NCBI RefSeq assembly: GCF_001194135.2
Contig: NC_068982.1
Coordinates: 156,833,857-156,897,856, forward strand
Reading direction: 5' to 3'
DNA: 64,000 nt
Source of the DNA: Octopus bimaculoides
Lineage: Eukaryota
Shown here in pieces: positions 25,997-38,975 of this stretch. The stretch's first letter is position 1. Every line of letters begins with the position of its first letter. Below the pieces are notes generated by a model that was not told the origin of the DNA, did not search any database, and was given only the letters and a program-made list of their open reading frames with translations. A program made the translations under genes and the position numbers.

Positions 25997-27589
25997 CATA
26001 TTTTATTGCATCTTGGACGATGAAATGAAACACAACCTCTGTGAGATATTTGAACGATAGTGTAAAGCGAGATGAATAAAAAGATAAAGCATTTAATCTG
26101 ATGCTCAACTAATTCATCAATCAGCGACAAAGCCTTTAATAGATGTATTACCCAAGCAGGAATTGCAAACATAGGACCCTTTTACACTCTTGAATAAAGA
26201 GCAGACGCAACATAATGTAGTTATACACGAATGGGTTAGTGGTCAAGACTAGAATACCTTAGAACTGCCTAATGGGACCAGTGAAAAAGGTCAGAAAAAT
26301 TTGAATAAATGCCTGGCATTCTTTTTTGCTTCATTGCTGTATTTAAGTTATTAATGAATACATATTTTCCATATACTTATAATGTCCATTAAAAATTGTA
26401 TTATCATTTTGCACAAAACTTCCATTGTCAGTTAATAAGCAACCTACGGCATTTGTTTAGCTTAAGTATGGTCCATAAAGGGAATGTAAAATTTATTCCA
26501 GGTACATGGTTCCTAACCAAAACCGGAAAATTTCAATTAATTTAAAATAATTTTTGATAGTAATTTCTAATTATTTTTACTTCAGCTCGCAATTAAATAT
26601 ATTTTATCAAGGACGTCTAGGCGTAGCCATTACATTTTTCTTTTCTATATTATGCTATAAATCTGTCTGGATTTCAAAAGTGAGACTAAAATCACTGGTA
26701 ATTTAGCTGTTATTTCAAGCAGGTTAAATGACTCATCATAGTTCGATATTTACAATATAGATACATAATTTTGAAATGTATATGTACGTTTATTTCTGAT
26801 ATGCTATTTGTCTCCAGTCAATTGGAACGTACCTACCATTATTGCCACATCGAAGGTAAAAATATATACATCTATTTTTTTGATAATTTTTGATTTCAGT
26901 ATTTAATACTGATATATGCTTTATAAAGTATTTTCTGTGATTGTTTTGACATTAAATTTCTTTTGCCGTGAGATTTCAGATTCACACTTGACCTATGATA
27001 AATAACAGCAGCTCCAACTTTTTTGTTTTGTTTTGAACGCAAACACGATATGATTGCAAAAAAGTTATCGAATAATACATAATGAATATTTGCATATACG
27101 AGTGAGTGTATGTGTGTGTGTGTTTGTGTGCGTGTGCGTGCGTGCGCGTGTATGTGTATGTGTGTGCGCGTTTGTGTGTGCTCCGGTTTGTGTGTGTATG
27201 TGTGTGTAGATATGTGTACGTACAGACAAATATTGACATTGCATCGCAAATGTGAGTTATATTCTGAGTCCATGCCAAGCAGTCGTCAGAGGGTGAGCTG
27301 AAACCGTACTAAAACTATCGGAGACTGTTGAGGTTTTTTTCTTTATTATGTCGGTTACTCAGCATTGTAATATGGGTTGTATAAGGCATAACTCAGAGTA
27401 TATAACAATTGATAGGGGTCAGGTATTTTTGTCTTGGAGGTGAAGTACTTAAATGTCATATAAGTTCAAAGAATAACAAAAATAATAAAACAAACAAGTG
27501 GCAGATATTCAAATTTATACAGTAATGCGCTGGAGGTAGATAGTTGAGAGTGATAAGTTTTCAGTGACAATATCAGTATCAAATATATA

Positions 27590-27817
27590 TTGGGTTGTCC
27601 GGAAAGTTCGTGCCGATTTATAGTAGCTTACCTTTCGACTTATTTGCCATGAAACCACCTCAATTCTGGGAAGAAGGTATTTTCAAGTTAAAGGAATGAT
27701 GAAGACGCATTGTGCAACAAAATGGTTCATATTTGGTTGATTAAAAATGCAATGGCAAGTATTTATCGACATTTTTCTTTCCTTTAAAAATCGGCAAGAA
27801 CTTTCTGGACAACCCAA
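27590..27817 (+). mobile_element. Internally deleted mariner (228 bp) with both TIRs and TA TSDs
   Basis: Left TA|ttgggttgtccggaaagttcgtgccgattt and right aaatcggcaagaactttctggacaacccaa|TA (30-bp TIR, 2 mismatches). Interior encodes a transposase C-terminus LFAMKPPQFWEEGIFKLKE**RRIVQQNGSYLVD*. Confidence 0.9.
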
Positions 27818-28769
27818 TAAAATATAGACGCGTTTACATAAGTGAGGTCGGTAACGGAGAGAATATCACTTCTCTTGAATGCAGATAATACTGATCAATT
27901 CAGTCCAGTTCTTTCATTGCTTTAGGATGTACAAGCCTTTCTTCGTTTTAAAGAAATTCACTTTGTTGATATCTTATCTTCCCTTGAATATTTCTATTAT
28001 ATACAGTTTATTTCAGTTCCTTAGAGCTGTGATTTGAAATGCTTCATCTTTTATATGCTTTATCAAATTTCACAAGGGCAATAACTATCCATATTTACAT
28101 GTCGTCAGTAATAATAGTACACCCCTCTTCAACTTAAAGTAAAATACTGGAAGCTCTACAATGATACTAAGGGATAATGTGACTTGCATACGTTCAGTAG
28201 GGTTTCGCTGTCTTTCAACAACAGTTTGGCATATGTTGAGCGTAGAAATCATTTTAATAATACATAATTTAACATAGATTTCAAACTACTCTATGCAAAT
28301 TATACTACCAAGAATTCTGAGAAAAGGAAAGAGAATCGGGATAAATATTTTCAAGAGATAACTTGCCATTCTGGTGTCCTAGATCCCAAATGAAACTATA
28401 TCACGACAAGAAAGTCAAAAGTTGGTAGCAATATCAATCCCCTTTCATCTCCAAAAGCTAATCACAAGAGAATGTTCGTTGAAAAGACGATAATACTGTA
28501 CGACCACTGCCTTTGGGCGAAAAAGCATAAAAGAATAAAGAAACGCTTACTCTATTTTTTATGTAAACAACTTACGCGTGCGCGCGTACACCTATATATA
28601 CAACTATAGCTAAAAGAAAAAGTTCATGGTGGTTTCAAAGTTGCGACGAACACAACTGAGCCGGACTTGGAAGTCACTATGACGTTTTCCTTGTAGAAGT
28701 AAACCTAATAGTCTGCTTAAATATATTAATGGTTGATTTTATCTTTATGTATCTTTAAATAAAAGCATA

Positions 28770-28834
<65 letters not shown>

Positions 28835-28851
28835 CTCTCTCTATCTCTCTA

Positions 28852-28918
<67 letters not shown>

Positions 28919-28930
28919 ATCTATCTATAT
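28770..28930. repeat. (TCTA)n/(TC)n microsatellite
   Basis: Visible directly. Confidence 0.9.
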
Positions 28931-28997
28931 ATATATATATATACACACACATAGATATACAATAATTGCATATATACACTCACACTATTTGAATACA

Positions 28998-29030
<33 letters not shown>

Positions 29031-29082
29031 GTATATAAACATACAAACATACACACATACATATGTACATATGTATATATAT

Positions 29083-29135
<53 letters not shown>

Positions 29136-30812
29136 NNNNNNNNNNNNNNNNNNNNNNNNNNNNNNNNNNNNNNNNNNNNNNNNNNNNNNNNNNNNNNNNN
29201 NNNNNNNNNNNNNNNNNNNNNNNNNNNNNNNNNNNNNNNNNNNNNNNNNNNNNNNNNNNNNNNNNNNNNNNNNNNNNNNNNNNNNNNNNNNNNNNNNNNN
29301 NNNNNNNNNNNNNNNNNNNNNNNNNNNNNNNNNNNNNNNNNNNNNNNNNNNNNNNNNNNNNNNNNNNNNNNNNNNNNNNNNNNNNNNNNNNNNNNNNNNN
29401 NNNNNNNNNNNNNNNNNNNNNNNNNNNNNNNNNNNNNNNNNNNNNNNNNNNNNNNNNNNNNNNNNNNNNNNNNNNNNNNNNNNNNNNNNNNNNNNNNNNN
29501 NNNNNNNNNNNNNNNNNNNNNNNNNNNNNNNNNNNNNNNNNNNNNNNNNNNNNNNNNNNNNNNNNNNNNNNNNNNNNNNNNNNNNNNNNNNNNNNNNNNN
29601 NNNNNNNNNNNNNNNNNNNNNNNNNNNNNNNNNNNNNNNNNNNNNNNNNNNNNNNNNNNNNNNNNNNNNNNNNNNNNNNNNNNNNNNNNNNNNNNNNNNN
29701 NNNNNNNNNNNNNNNNNNNNNNNNNNNNNNNNNNNNNNNNNNNNNNNNNNNNNNNNNNNNNNNNNNNNNNNNNNNNNNNNNNNNNNNNNNNNNNNNNNNN
29801 NNNNNNNNNNNNNNNNNNNNNNNNNNNNNNNNNNNNNNNNNNNNNNNNNNNNNNNNNNNNNNNNNNNNNNNNNNNACACACACACACACACACACAAATA
29901 ACAAACACAAACAAAAAGAAAATCAAAGAACTAAATAGATATTCAGTTATTGCTCATACGTTTGTTTCGGTCTTTGAGAATTTTCTTGATTTCGTTTCTT
30001 TTTTACTTTTTTTTCTTTTTTTTTTCCTTGTACACTTTTGGTTTTACTAGAATGATGTTCATGAAGAGACCTTTAAATGTGACATAATCGAAGAATGTAA
30101 GAAAACAAGCCAAAAGAAATATGAAGAGCAAGTCAACTAGGAAATATCTAGTAAATCACGATTCAACGTTGATAAAACATGCAAACATATAACTACAGGA
30201 CACACAGATTATATGACAAGGATTTATATAAACATTATACAGCAACATAAAGAGTTACATGTACACACACAAACATACACTAAAGTTTGCTTATAGATAT
30301 CGATTTAGACATACGTACTGTCATTACTTACAATACGTACAAAACTACTCGCCTATTCTCTGTATATCTGTCTTTCTTTCTGTCTATACATACATACACA
30401 TGTGTATGCGCACACATACCTAACCTCTCTCCCTCTCTCTTTCTATATATATATATATATNNNNNNNNNNNNNNNNNNNNNNNNNNNNNNNNNNNNNNNN
30501 NNNNNNNNNNNNNNNNNNNNNNNNNNNNNNNNNNNNNNNNNNNNNNNNNNNNNNNNNNNNNNNNNNNNNNNNNNNNNNNNNNNNNNNNNNNNNNNNNNNN
30601 NNNNNNNNNNNNNNNNNNNNNNNNNNNNNNNNNNNNNNNNNNNNNNNNNNNNNNNNNNNNNNNNNNNNNNNNNNNNNNNNNNNNNNNNNNNNNNNNNNNN
30701 NNNNNNNNNNNNNNNNNNNNNNNNNNNNNNNNNNNNNNNNNNNNNNNNNNNNNNNNNNNNNNNNNNNNNNNNNNNNNNNNNNNNNNNNNNNNNNNNNNNN
30801 NNNNNNNNNNNN

Positions 30813-30862
<50 letters not shown>

Positions 30863-30959
30863 ATTTGTGAGTGTATGTGCGTATGTGTTTGGGTGTCTGA
30901 TTGTGTGTATGTATCAAGTGGATAAAGCTATGGGATTTTATTCTCGACGAATGTAGTGT

Positions 30960-32960
30960 CTTTTAGAAGCCACGTTTTATAAGGTTCCTAGTGTCGTTCT
31001 ACAACGTATGTAAAGCATAGAACATTGGGAAACAGAACTAACAGCAGGAGGACACCAACTTGGTATAGTGAGAACACATCGCCTTATTTTCAAGGTGATG
31101 GACAATTGCTTTTGCCGTATGTCATAGGTCTCATCCAACTCTTCCTAGATTTGCAAAACATAAAAAGCTGGATATAATCTAAGAAAAGACCGACAGATAA
31201 TTAAGCATTTGCTGTTCATGGATCACCTAAATTCAGGTAGCAACACTGAGAGAGAATTGGATACCTTTGAGGTACAATGAGGGTGTTTTACAATAGCATT
31301 AGAATTATTATTTAGTATTTCTAAGTGTGTAACACATATTAGGAAAAACGCAAAATTCCACGAAACAGTGGAATAAATCTACGAATCGAGAAGATGCATG
31401 ATGTTGAGATAATTGTCGATATATATGTATATCTGAGAGTGCTGGTTGCTGATGCTATAAAATATAACATAACGAATGGCAAAAAACTGAAAAAATATTT
31501 CCGAAAATTAAGGAGGATACTAAAACCAAAATTCACTGTCATTAATAACATCGCAGCTAGAAATTTAACCCGTGTATCTATCATCACATACTACACCGGG
31601 ATAATGACATGTAGAAAGGTAGATATGCAGGAGGTAGATTGATAAACAAGGAAACAACTGATAAAACACAGAGATTTAAACTCACAGGCAGACGTTGACA
31701 ATTTGAAAGTGTAGAAAATAAGAAAGGAGAAATGAGAACTGTAGAAGCCTGTGTAAAGGAAAAAGCAAAGTCTAAGATAATATGTTGTTGAAGGTAATGT
31801 GAAACGCATTTAATAAAATTAAGAAGTACATTGGTAAGTGAGTGAGTTAGAAAGCATTGATACGAATAAGAACGTTTACACAGGAAGATACTTTTCAATG
31901 TATTGAAGGGTGTCGAGCCTCAAAGTAATTAAGATGGATTAAGAGAATTTTGAAGAAAATAGACTGAGCATTTGATCCTAGCCGCAGAGCATCGATTAAG
32001 CGGAACGAGAAATATATATAAGAAGACATCTTAGATTGTGCGGCCAAAAGGAATAGAGTTTATGCATGGAGCCTTTGAAAGTAAAATGCTTGCTCAGAGC
32101 GGTGTTAAGTCATGCGAACAGAATAGCTATAATCATGCAATAATAAACTGGCGAAGCTATAACAAAAATTTGTTTGCGAACAATTGGAAATTGGTATGAC
32201 CATAAACGAGAACTCGTCCTTGAAAAGCTATATGTGAAGGTACCCAAGATATTTTTGTACTCATGAAAGAAGAGTGTGTTTAATCTATGTTACTTACTCA
32301 TCTGATATCATACTAGTGAAGAAATAATTTCAGATACCAAACAGAAAAAGGAAACAGAATCTGAAATTGCAGAACGATATCATCCGAATAACACTAGAAG
32401 TGTTAGGAATAGTTGCAGGGCGTTTGAATTGTTTGTTGGACATGATGGACAGAGATAAACTTCGTGATTCAACAGAGAGCTTTTTGTCTTGGCATAGCAA
32501 AGAATATAGGAAAGTAACTAGTTTCCTAAGACTGGGGTATGCTGCTTCATATCTAGCAATCCTGTATCAGTGGTACAACATGACTTCCTCATAAAGAGCG
32601 ACCATACTATTGAACCAAGAAGACCAGATATGAGTAAAGAGTACAAAATAAAGAAACAGTGTAGCATCATAGATTTTTAATTCCCTCCGTTAGCAGAGTC
32701 GTTACGGAAAAAAATTGAGAAATAACAGAATTTGGTCAGAGAGGTGAGGAGACTACGAATGAGCAAGACAGGAATTATTGCACTGGTAATTGATGCACTT
32801 GTCACAACATTCAAAAAGCTACCTAAAAGACTGAACGAGATAGGAATTAAAACTTGGATTGTCGAACTGAAGGAAAGTAGCATCGTATGTTTAGCAAGAA
32901 TCCTAAGAAAGATTTTTGAGATTTGAAGAGACTTGTCACCCAAAACTCAAGATAACATTC
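30960..32960 (+). mobile_element. Decayed R4/Dong-clade non-LTR retrotransposon (RT plus restriction-like endonuclease)
   Basis: Ordered motifs across frames: WETELTAGG, FQGD (~31088), HLLFMDHL (~31206; [Y/F]xDD loop), FMHG, SDHTIEPRRPD (~32600-32629; RLE PD motif), and ARILRKIFEI* at 32926. Confidence 0.8.
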
Positions 32961-33004
32961 CAGCTAACTAGCATGTACTTTTCATATATACATATATGTA
33001 TATA

Positions 33005-33047
<43 letters not shown>

Positions 33048-33050
33048 GTA

Positions 33051-33099
<49 letters not shown>

Positions 33100-33685
33100 N
33101 NNNNNNNNNNNNNNNNNNNNNNNNNNNNNNNNNNNNNNNNNNNNNNNNNNNNNNNNNNNNNNNNNNNNNNNNNNNNNNNNNNNNNNNNNNNNNNNNNNNN
33201 NNNNNNNNNNNNNNNNNNNNNNNNNNNNNNNNNNNNNNNNNNNNNNNNNNNNNNNNNNNNNNNNNNNNNNNNNNNNNNNNNNNNNNNNNNNNNNNNNNNN
33301 NNNNNNNNNNNNNNNNNNNNNNNNNNNNNNNNNNNNNNNNNNNNNNNNNNNNNNNNNNNNNNNNNNNNNNNNNNNNNNNNNNNNNNNNNNNNNNNNNNNN
33401 NNNNNNNNNNNNNNNNNNNNNNNNNNNNNNNNNNNNNNNNNNNNNNNNNNNNNNNNNNNNNNNNNNNNNNNNNNNNNNNNNNNNNNNNNNNNNNNNNNNN
33501 NNNNNNNNNNNNNNNNNNNNNNNNNNNNNNNNNNNNNNNNNNNNNNNNNNNNNNNNNNNNNNNNNNNNNNNNNNNNNNNNNNNNNNNNNNNNNNNNNNNN
33601 NNNNNNNNNNNNNNNNNNNNNNNNNNNNNNNNNNNNNNNNNNNNNNNNNNNNNNNNNNNNNNNNNNNNNNNNNNNNNNNNNNNNN

Positions 33686-33732
<47 letters not shown>

Positions 33733-34763
33733 TATACCAGTACATATATATGTAAACATATATCAGTATATGCATACATCATGTATGCAATAAAACCAAT
33801 TTTATTTATAGCAGTTGACAATACTTTCGTCCAAATATTTACACTTTACAAGCAAGTTTACACTTCAGTTGTATATGTTACTATAGCAACTTCTTTGCAA
33901 CTAATCGCTTTCAAATTTTAGACAATGACTAATAATCTATATATTTTTACATTAAAAATGTAAAGCACAACATCTTTTGTATGGAAATAAACATTCGGTC
34001 AATTTAGACTCTAAACATAATTTGTCCAACGCTATTCACTGTTTTTTCTTCTCTTATATTCTTGTTGATTAAACAATATAAAGCTTAGAATTACATTATT
34101 TCACTATGAGGTATTACATATGATATATAATTGTAAGGCATAAGATAATGATTAGTCTAACTCGGCGTCTTTGATCTAACAACATAAACAAGATTCAAAT
34201 TTTCTTCGTAATTATATGTGTCGTTATAGATTTTTGGCTTCAATCAAGAAATCCTTTCATAGATAGCTTCACCATTTGTATATACGCATAGATAAACATA
34301 CGCGCATACACACACGAATACACAACTGCGGACAGCAGCAGTGGATTCATATTGAAACACGGAGACACATTAACGGGTACACATCAAACATCCATGAACA
34401 AACACACGTGTGCATGTGTATACATGTATACACACACACACACACACACACACACAGATAGATACAGCCACACATTGAAACATCGACAAACATATAGCTA
34501 TGTGAGTCTTTGTGTGTATGCGTATACACAGACTTACACCCACACAAACATATATATTCATATGTATATGCATCAATTTCAAAAGCTTGAAAGATGGTCT
34601 TAAACGGCGTGGAGGAAACACACACATTGGTGCGCACGCTCTCTCACACACACACGCATACACACGCATACATGCATGCAACTAGTTAAATATATGATTC
34701 GTTGGGGAAAAGCCTTCTGCAACGATGACATGAATAAACACATGTACACATATAAATACACAA

Positions 34764-34808
<45 letters not shown>

Positions 34809-34818
34809 NNNNNNNNNN

Positions 34819-34862
<44 letters not shown>

Positions 34863-35469
34863 CACACATTAATGCACACGGATACAAACAGAGAGATTGA
34901 CAGACAGACAAACAGACACAATACACTCTTATTCATGCTCCTTACCAATTTAGGATTCTTAGAAATATTGCCTGGTTACATTCGTGTTCCGTTTTACACT
35001 ATAAGGAATGAACGTTACTCGTTTCCAAGACGACGTTGAATACATATGCGAATAGAGGCTTCAGTAGATCAACGTACACGCATTATTTAGAAGGGAAAGA
35101 GAAATATATTGAATTTGCATGGCTGTCTGTTAAGAAGTTTTCTTCCCAAACATCTACATTTGCTTGAGCAATTGTTTTGTACTGTAGCACTATAGTCTCT
35201 GGTGTACCAAGTCTTGCGAGTGGATTAGGTAGATGAAAACTGAGAGCAGCCCATTAAATATATATATATATANNNNNNNNNNTTATGTTTTATTTATATT
35301 CCTGCAGAACCAATGTGGGGTATAGAATATGGAATATACAATATATAATATAAAATAAAATAAAATAAAAATGGATGGCACCATGAAAGAAAGTATTGAA
35401 TGTAGATGAAATATTGAGTGTTCAATATAAAGGATCAAATATATAAACATATAAATATAAATATATAAA

Positions 35470-35509
35470 GGCGACTCGAGTTTCAGGGCTATTTCCCTTC
35501 GTCATGGCC
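35470..35509 (-). ncRNA. Minimal type-I hammerhead ribozyme-like motif (one core insertion)
   Basis: Minus strand GGC-C-a-UGACGA-AGGG-aaauag-CCCU-GAAA-C-UCGA-G-UC^GCC gives stems I, II and III, a palindromic stem III and a GUC triplet. Confidence 0.5.
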
Positions 35510-35534
35510 GGTATGACAGACTTTAACAGATGTG

Positions 35535-35759
35535 GGTACTCCCACAAGGGGCTAAACATAGAGGGGACAAACAAGGACAGGCAAAGGGATTAAGTAGATT
35601 AAAGCGACCCCAGTACGTAACTGGTACTTAATTTATCGACCCCGAAAGGATGAAAGGCAAAGTCGACCTCGGCGGAATTTGAACTCAGAACATAACGGCA
35701 GACGAAATACCGCTAAGTATTTCGTCCGACGTGCTAACGTTTCTGCCAGCTCGCCGCCT
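35535..35759 (-). mobile_element. SINE family B, full length, well conserved
   Basis: Minus strand ggcggcgagctggcagaaacgttagcacgtcggacgaaatac...tctgagttcaaattccgccgaggtcgactttgcctttcatcctttcggggtcgat...ccccttgtggga. Confidence 0.9.
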
Positions 35760-35761
35760 AC

Positions 35762-35965
35762 CCCGTCGTATGTTTGTGTGCGTTTCTTTGTCAACCACTA
35801 TCGCTTGACAACGGTTGTTTGCCTTATGTACGTCTCCGTCGTGGTTCCTCAAAAAGTGACAGAATTAGCTTACGGAAACAAAAAAACTGGGGTCAGTTTG
35901 TTCGACTAAACCTTTCAAAGCGGTGCCTCAGTATGGGCCCCATCTGATGAATGAAACAGGTAAAA
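35762..35965 (+). mobile_element. SINE family A, degenerate 3' part
   Basis: ccgtcgtatg...ctatcgcttgacaacgg...ctggggtcagtttgttcgactaaa...gcggtgcctcagtatgg. Confidence 0.6.
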
Positions 35966-36476
35966 GATGTTATAAGATGAAATGAAATAGAATGAAATGA
36001 AACACTTTAATTTTAATAGCGAAATGAAATACAATCACATGAGAACGTCACGGTAAAAACTTTGCAGTCCGAGCTCGGAATTAATGCCAAAGGTTGAAAT
36101 GGTACATTTCATTTGAAGACAAAAGAAAAATATTATAACAAATAATTTATGTTCTTTATTAATTGATACTACATTACATGACTTTTGCACGATTAAGCAC
36201 AATTCATATAATAGTATATTGCACATAGGTGAAAAAAAGAATGAGTTTTGTTTAATATTTTAAATATAATGGTGATATGAAAAAATAAACACCATCAGCC
36301 AAGTACTGAAATTTTTCGTAACATTTTCCCCAGATCTTTTCAACAAATTTGTTTCTGTTTTTTTTTGTATGACATTCGGCATTGTCATTATTTTACTTTT
36401 GTTGCTGCATTTTTGTCGTTTTCCATTGAAGCTTGATATCTATCTATTCATCTGTCTCCTCTTTCTCTCTTCCACG

Positions 36477-36508
<32 letters not shown>

Positions 36509-36604
36509 GGTACTGAAAGAGAGAGAGTGAAGTGAAAGAGAAATTGAGTTACATACGAAGCCCCCCTCTCTCTTATCTTACATATAGATATAAGCATGAT
36601 TATA

Positions 36605-36827
36605 CAGTAACCCCTCGATTATCGCCAGTGTTACGTTCTCAAACTCCACGAGATAGGTGAAAACCTGCGAAGTAGAAACAGTACTGTACTGTATATTTTT
36701 AAAAATTATTTTTATAATTTGTGTATGTTTATTTTATTATAATTGCAAAACAACATCACAGAGGAATCAACGTAAGCTTAGATAATAAACTGCGATAGGT
36801 GAACCGCGATATGGCGAGGGATTACTG
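36605..36827. mobile_element. Tigger/pogo-like MITE (223 bp)
   Basis: TA|cagtaacccctcgattatcgc...gcgatatggcgagggattactg|TG. CAGT-starting imperfect TIRs with subterminal gcgataggtgaaccgc; the right TA appears mutated to TG. Confidence 0.8.
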
Positions 36828-37583
36828 TGTGTATGTGTATAGGGGATGTACTGCTGTTAAATACACAGCAACTATATATATATATAAAAACAAATAGTAA
36901 ATGAGTATATGCATATATACGTACAGGTATGTGCATACCGACATCCACCTGTATGTATAGGTGCATATCTGGGTACAGGACATTGCAAACAAACGTAGAC
37001 GAGAACACACGAGCCACATAGAGAACATCTCCTTCATCAGCCACCCACGTTTTAACACCGGCGTTTCGACGAGCTTGGGCAGGACGCAGATTAAATTTGT
37101 ATACGCAAATTAAATCTAGCCATGNNNNNNNNNNNNNNNNNNNNNNNNNNNNNNNNNNNNNNNNNNNNNNNNNNNNNNNNNNNNNNNNNNNNNNNNNNNN
37201 NNNNNNNNNNNNNNNNNNNNNNNNNNNNNNNNNNNNNNNNNNNNNNNNNNNNNNNNNNNNNNNNNNNNNNNNNNNNNNNNNNNNNNNNNNNNNNNNNNNN
37301 NNNNNNNNNNNNNNNNNNNNNNNNNNNNNNNNNNNNNNNNNNNNNNNNNNNNNNNNNNNNNNNNNNNNNNNNNNTGTGTGTAAGAACGCGATGAGGCACG
37401 GACCCGAGAGGGACAAAGTGGTGCGTGCGTTGCTTGGCGAAAGCCAAGGAAGGAAAGGATTATTGACCGGAAGCATGTGACTATGCCGGTGTAAAGGGAA
37501 GAGAGAGAAACAGAGGGAGGAAGTAGAAGAATAGGTGAGCAACGAGAGGAAAAGAGAAAGAGAGGAAAAACGAGGGGGAAAAA

Positions 37584-37662
37584 GAGATACGTAGTAGTAG
37601 CAGAGGAAGAACGAGAGGGGTAAAGCGAGATACGTAGTAGTACAGAGGAAGAACGAGGGGGG
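37584..37662. repeat. 43-bp tandem duplication
   Basis: gagatacgtagtagta(g)cagaggaagaacgag at 37584 and 37627. Confidence 0.85.
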
Positions 37663-38901
37663 GAAGGAAAGAGAAAGAGAGTCACCAACCCAAACTATGA
37701 GATGCAAATATTTTCGAATGTTTATCTCCTCTTCAGTCACAGAAACCGTACAGAACTGCGAGCTGGTTCGAACATAACCGATAAAATATTTGAACTGTGA
37801 ATAACCTTGAATTTACTTAGAAACTACATTTTGCGGATAATCTATCTATTTTTTTTGTTTTAAGTTTGGCGTCTAAAGAATTAGCAACCTTACGTTTCTG
37901 TTGTGTCACTCTATGCCTGGATCTATTATTAATACTCTGACTAAAGAGTGATTGTTTTATTCAGCTTAATTCTTTGTGCACTTCTCTGTTTCCGGAGAAG
38001 AAATTTAATGCACGTCATTTGAATGTTTTTACTAGATTAATGGACAATCGGTATATGCATGTATATACATCTTTTGTGTAAACGAATGTCATGTGTTTGT
38101 TTTTATCCCTGTTGCTGAAAATTCATTTCAAGGAATAGAACTATATTTGTACTGGTCTACTTCATAAATATTGGTACGAAGTATTTTGATGAAACTTACT
38201 TAAATTCCTCAATACCTTGCGATGTGTTTATTATAATGCTATACTACACATCTTGTTTATTACACATATTTATGTCGTTGTATCGTCATGCACTGCAATG
38301 AACTCAAAAGTGTAGAAACTATAAAACACGAAAGTCTGGTACACTAAATACAACATGTCTAGAATAGAAGCGGTTGAAAATAAATCCATTTATGTATGTA
38401 TATGTGAATGTAGACACACATATACAGACACATACAAGCACAAACACGCACTCACAAATTCAAACACATATATATATATATAATGAAGTAATCACGATGT
38501 TCTGGTGATCTGATGAGCTAGTTTTCTATAGGTGCATTTTGATTCTCTTTACGTTTCCTTCTTCTGGTGAGGAGCTAATACTGGAGACGTTAAAAATTTC
38601 ATTCTAACTTCATTCTGTTATGAGACATTGGCGATAATAATCAGAATTTTTATTGCATTTCATCTCACCTTTAGTTTTTCTATGTGTGTGTGTGTGTGTG
38701 TGTAGAAAGAGAGACTGACTGGGATTTTGAAATCATTTGTATGAAACGTACTACGTACTTGGTATAGATATGTCGCTGGAGGAACTTTCAGTTTGCAATA
38801 CGCGAGAAAGATATTTGGAAGAAAACGTAGTTTCAAATACGATGCGAGGGATCTTCACTTTGAATAAGAGAATTAGAAGATTCGACATATACATACATAC
38901 A

Positions 38902-38975
<74 letters not shown>

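Noticed and set aside
36960-37124. Probable interspersed repeat with minus-strand ctgatga and gaaac, plus a 12-bp hairpin at 37088-37117
   Set aside because: The boxes cannot be arranged into a hammerhead with an NUH site, and I cannot classify the repeat.
38505-38605. ctgatgag (38511) and ctggtgaggagctaatactggagacg as hammerheads
   Set aside because: No GAAA box follows a valid stem II; too degenerate to support.
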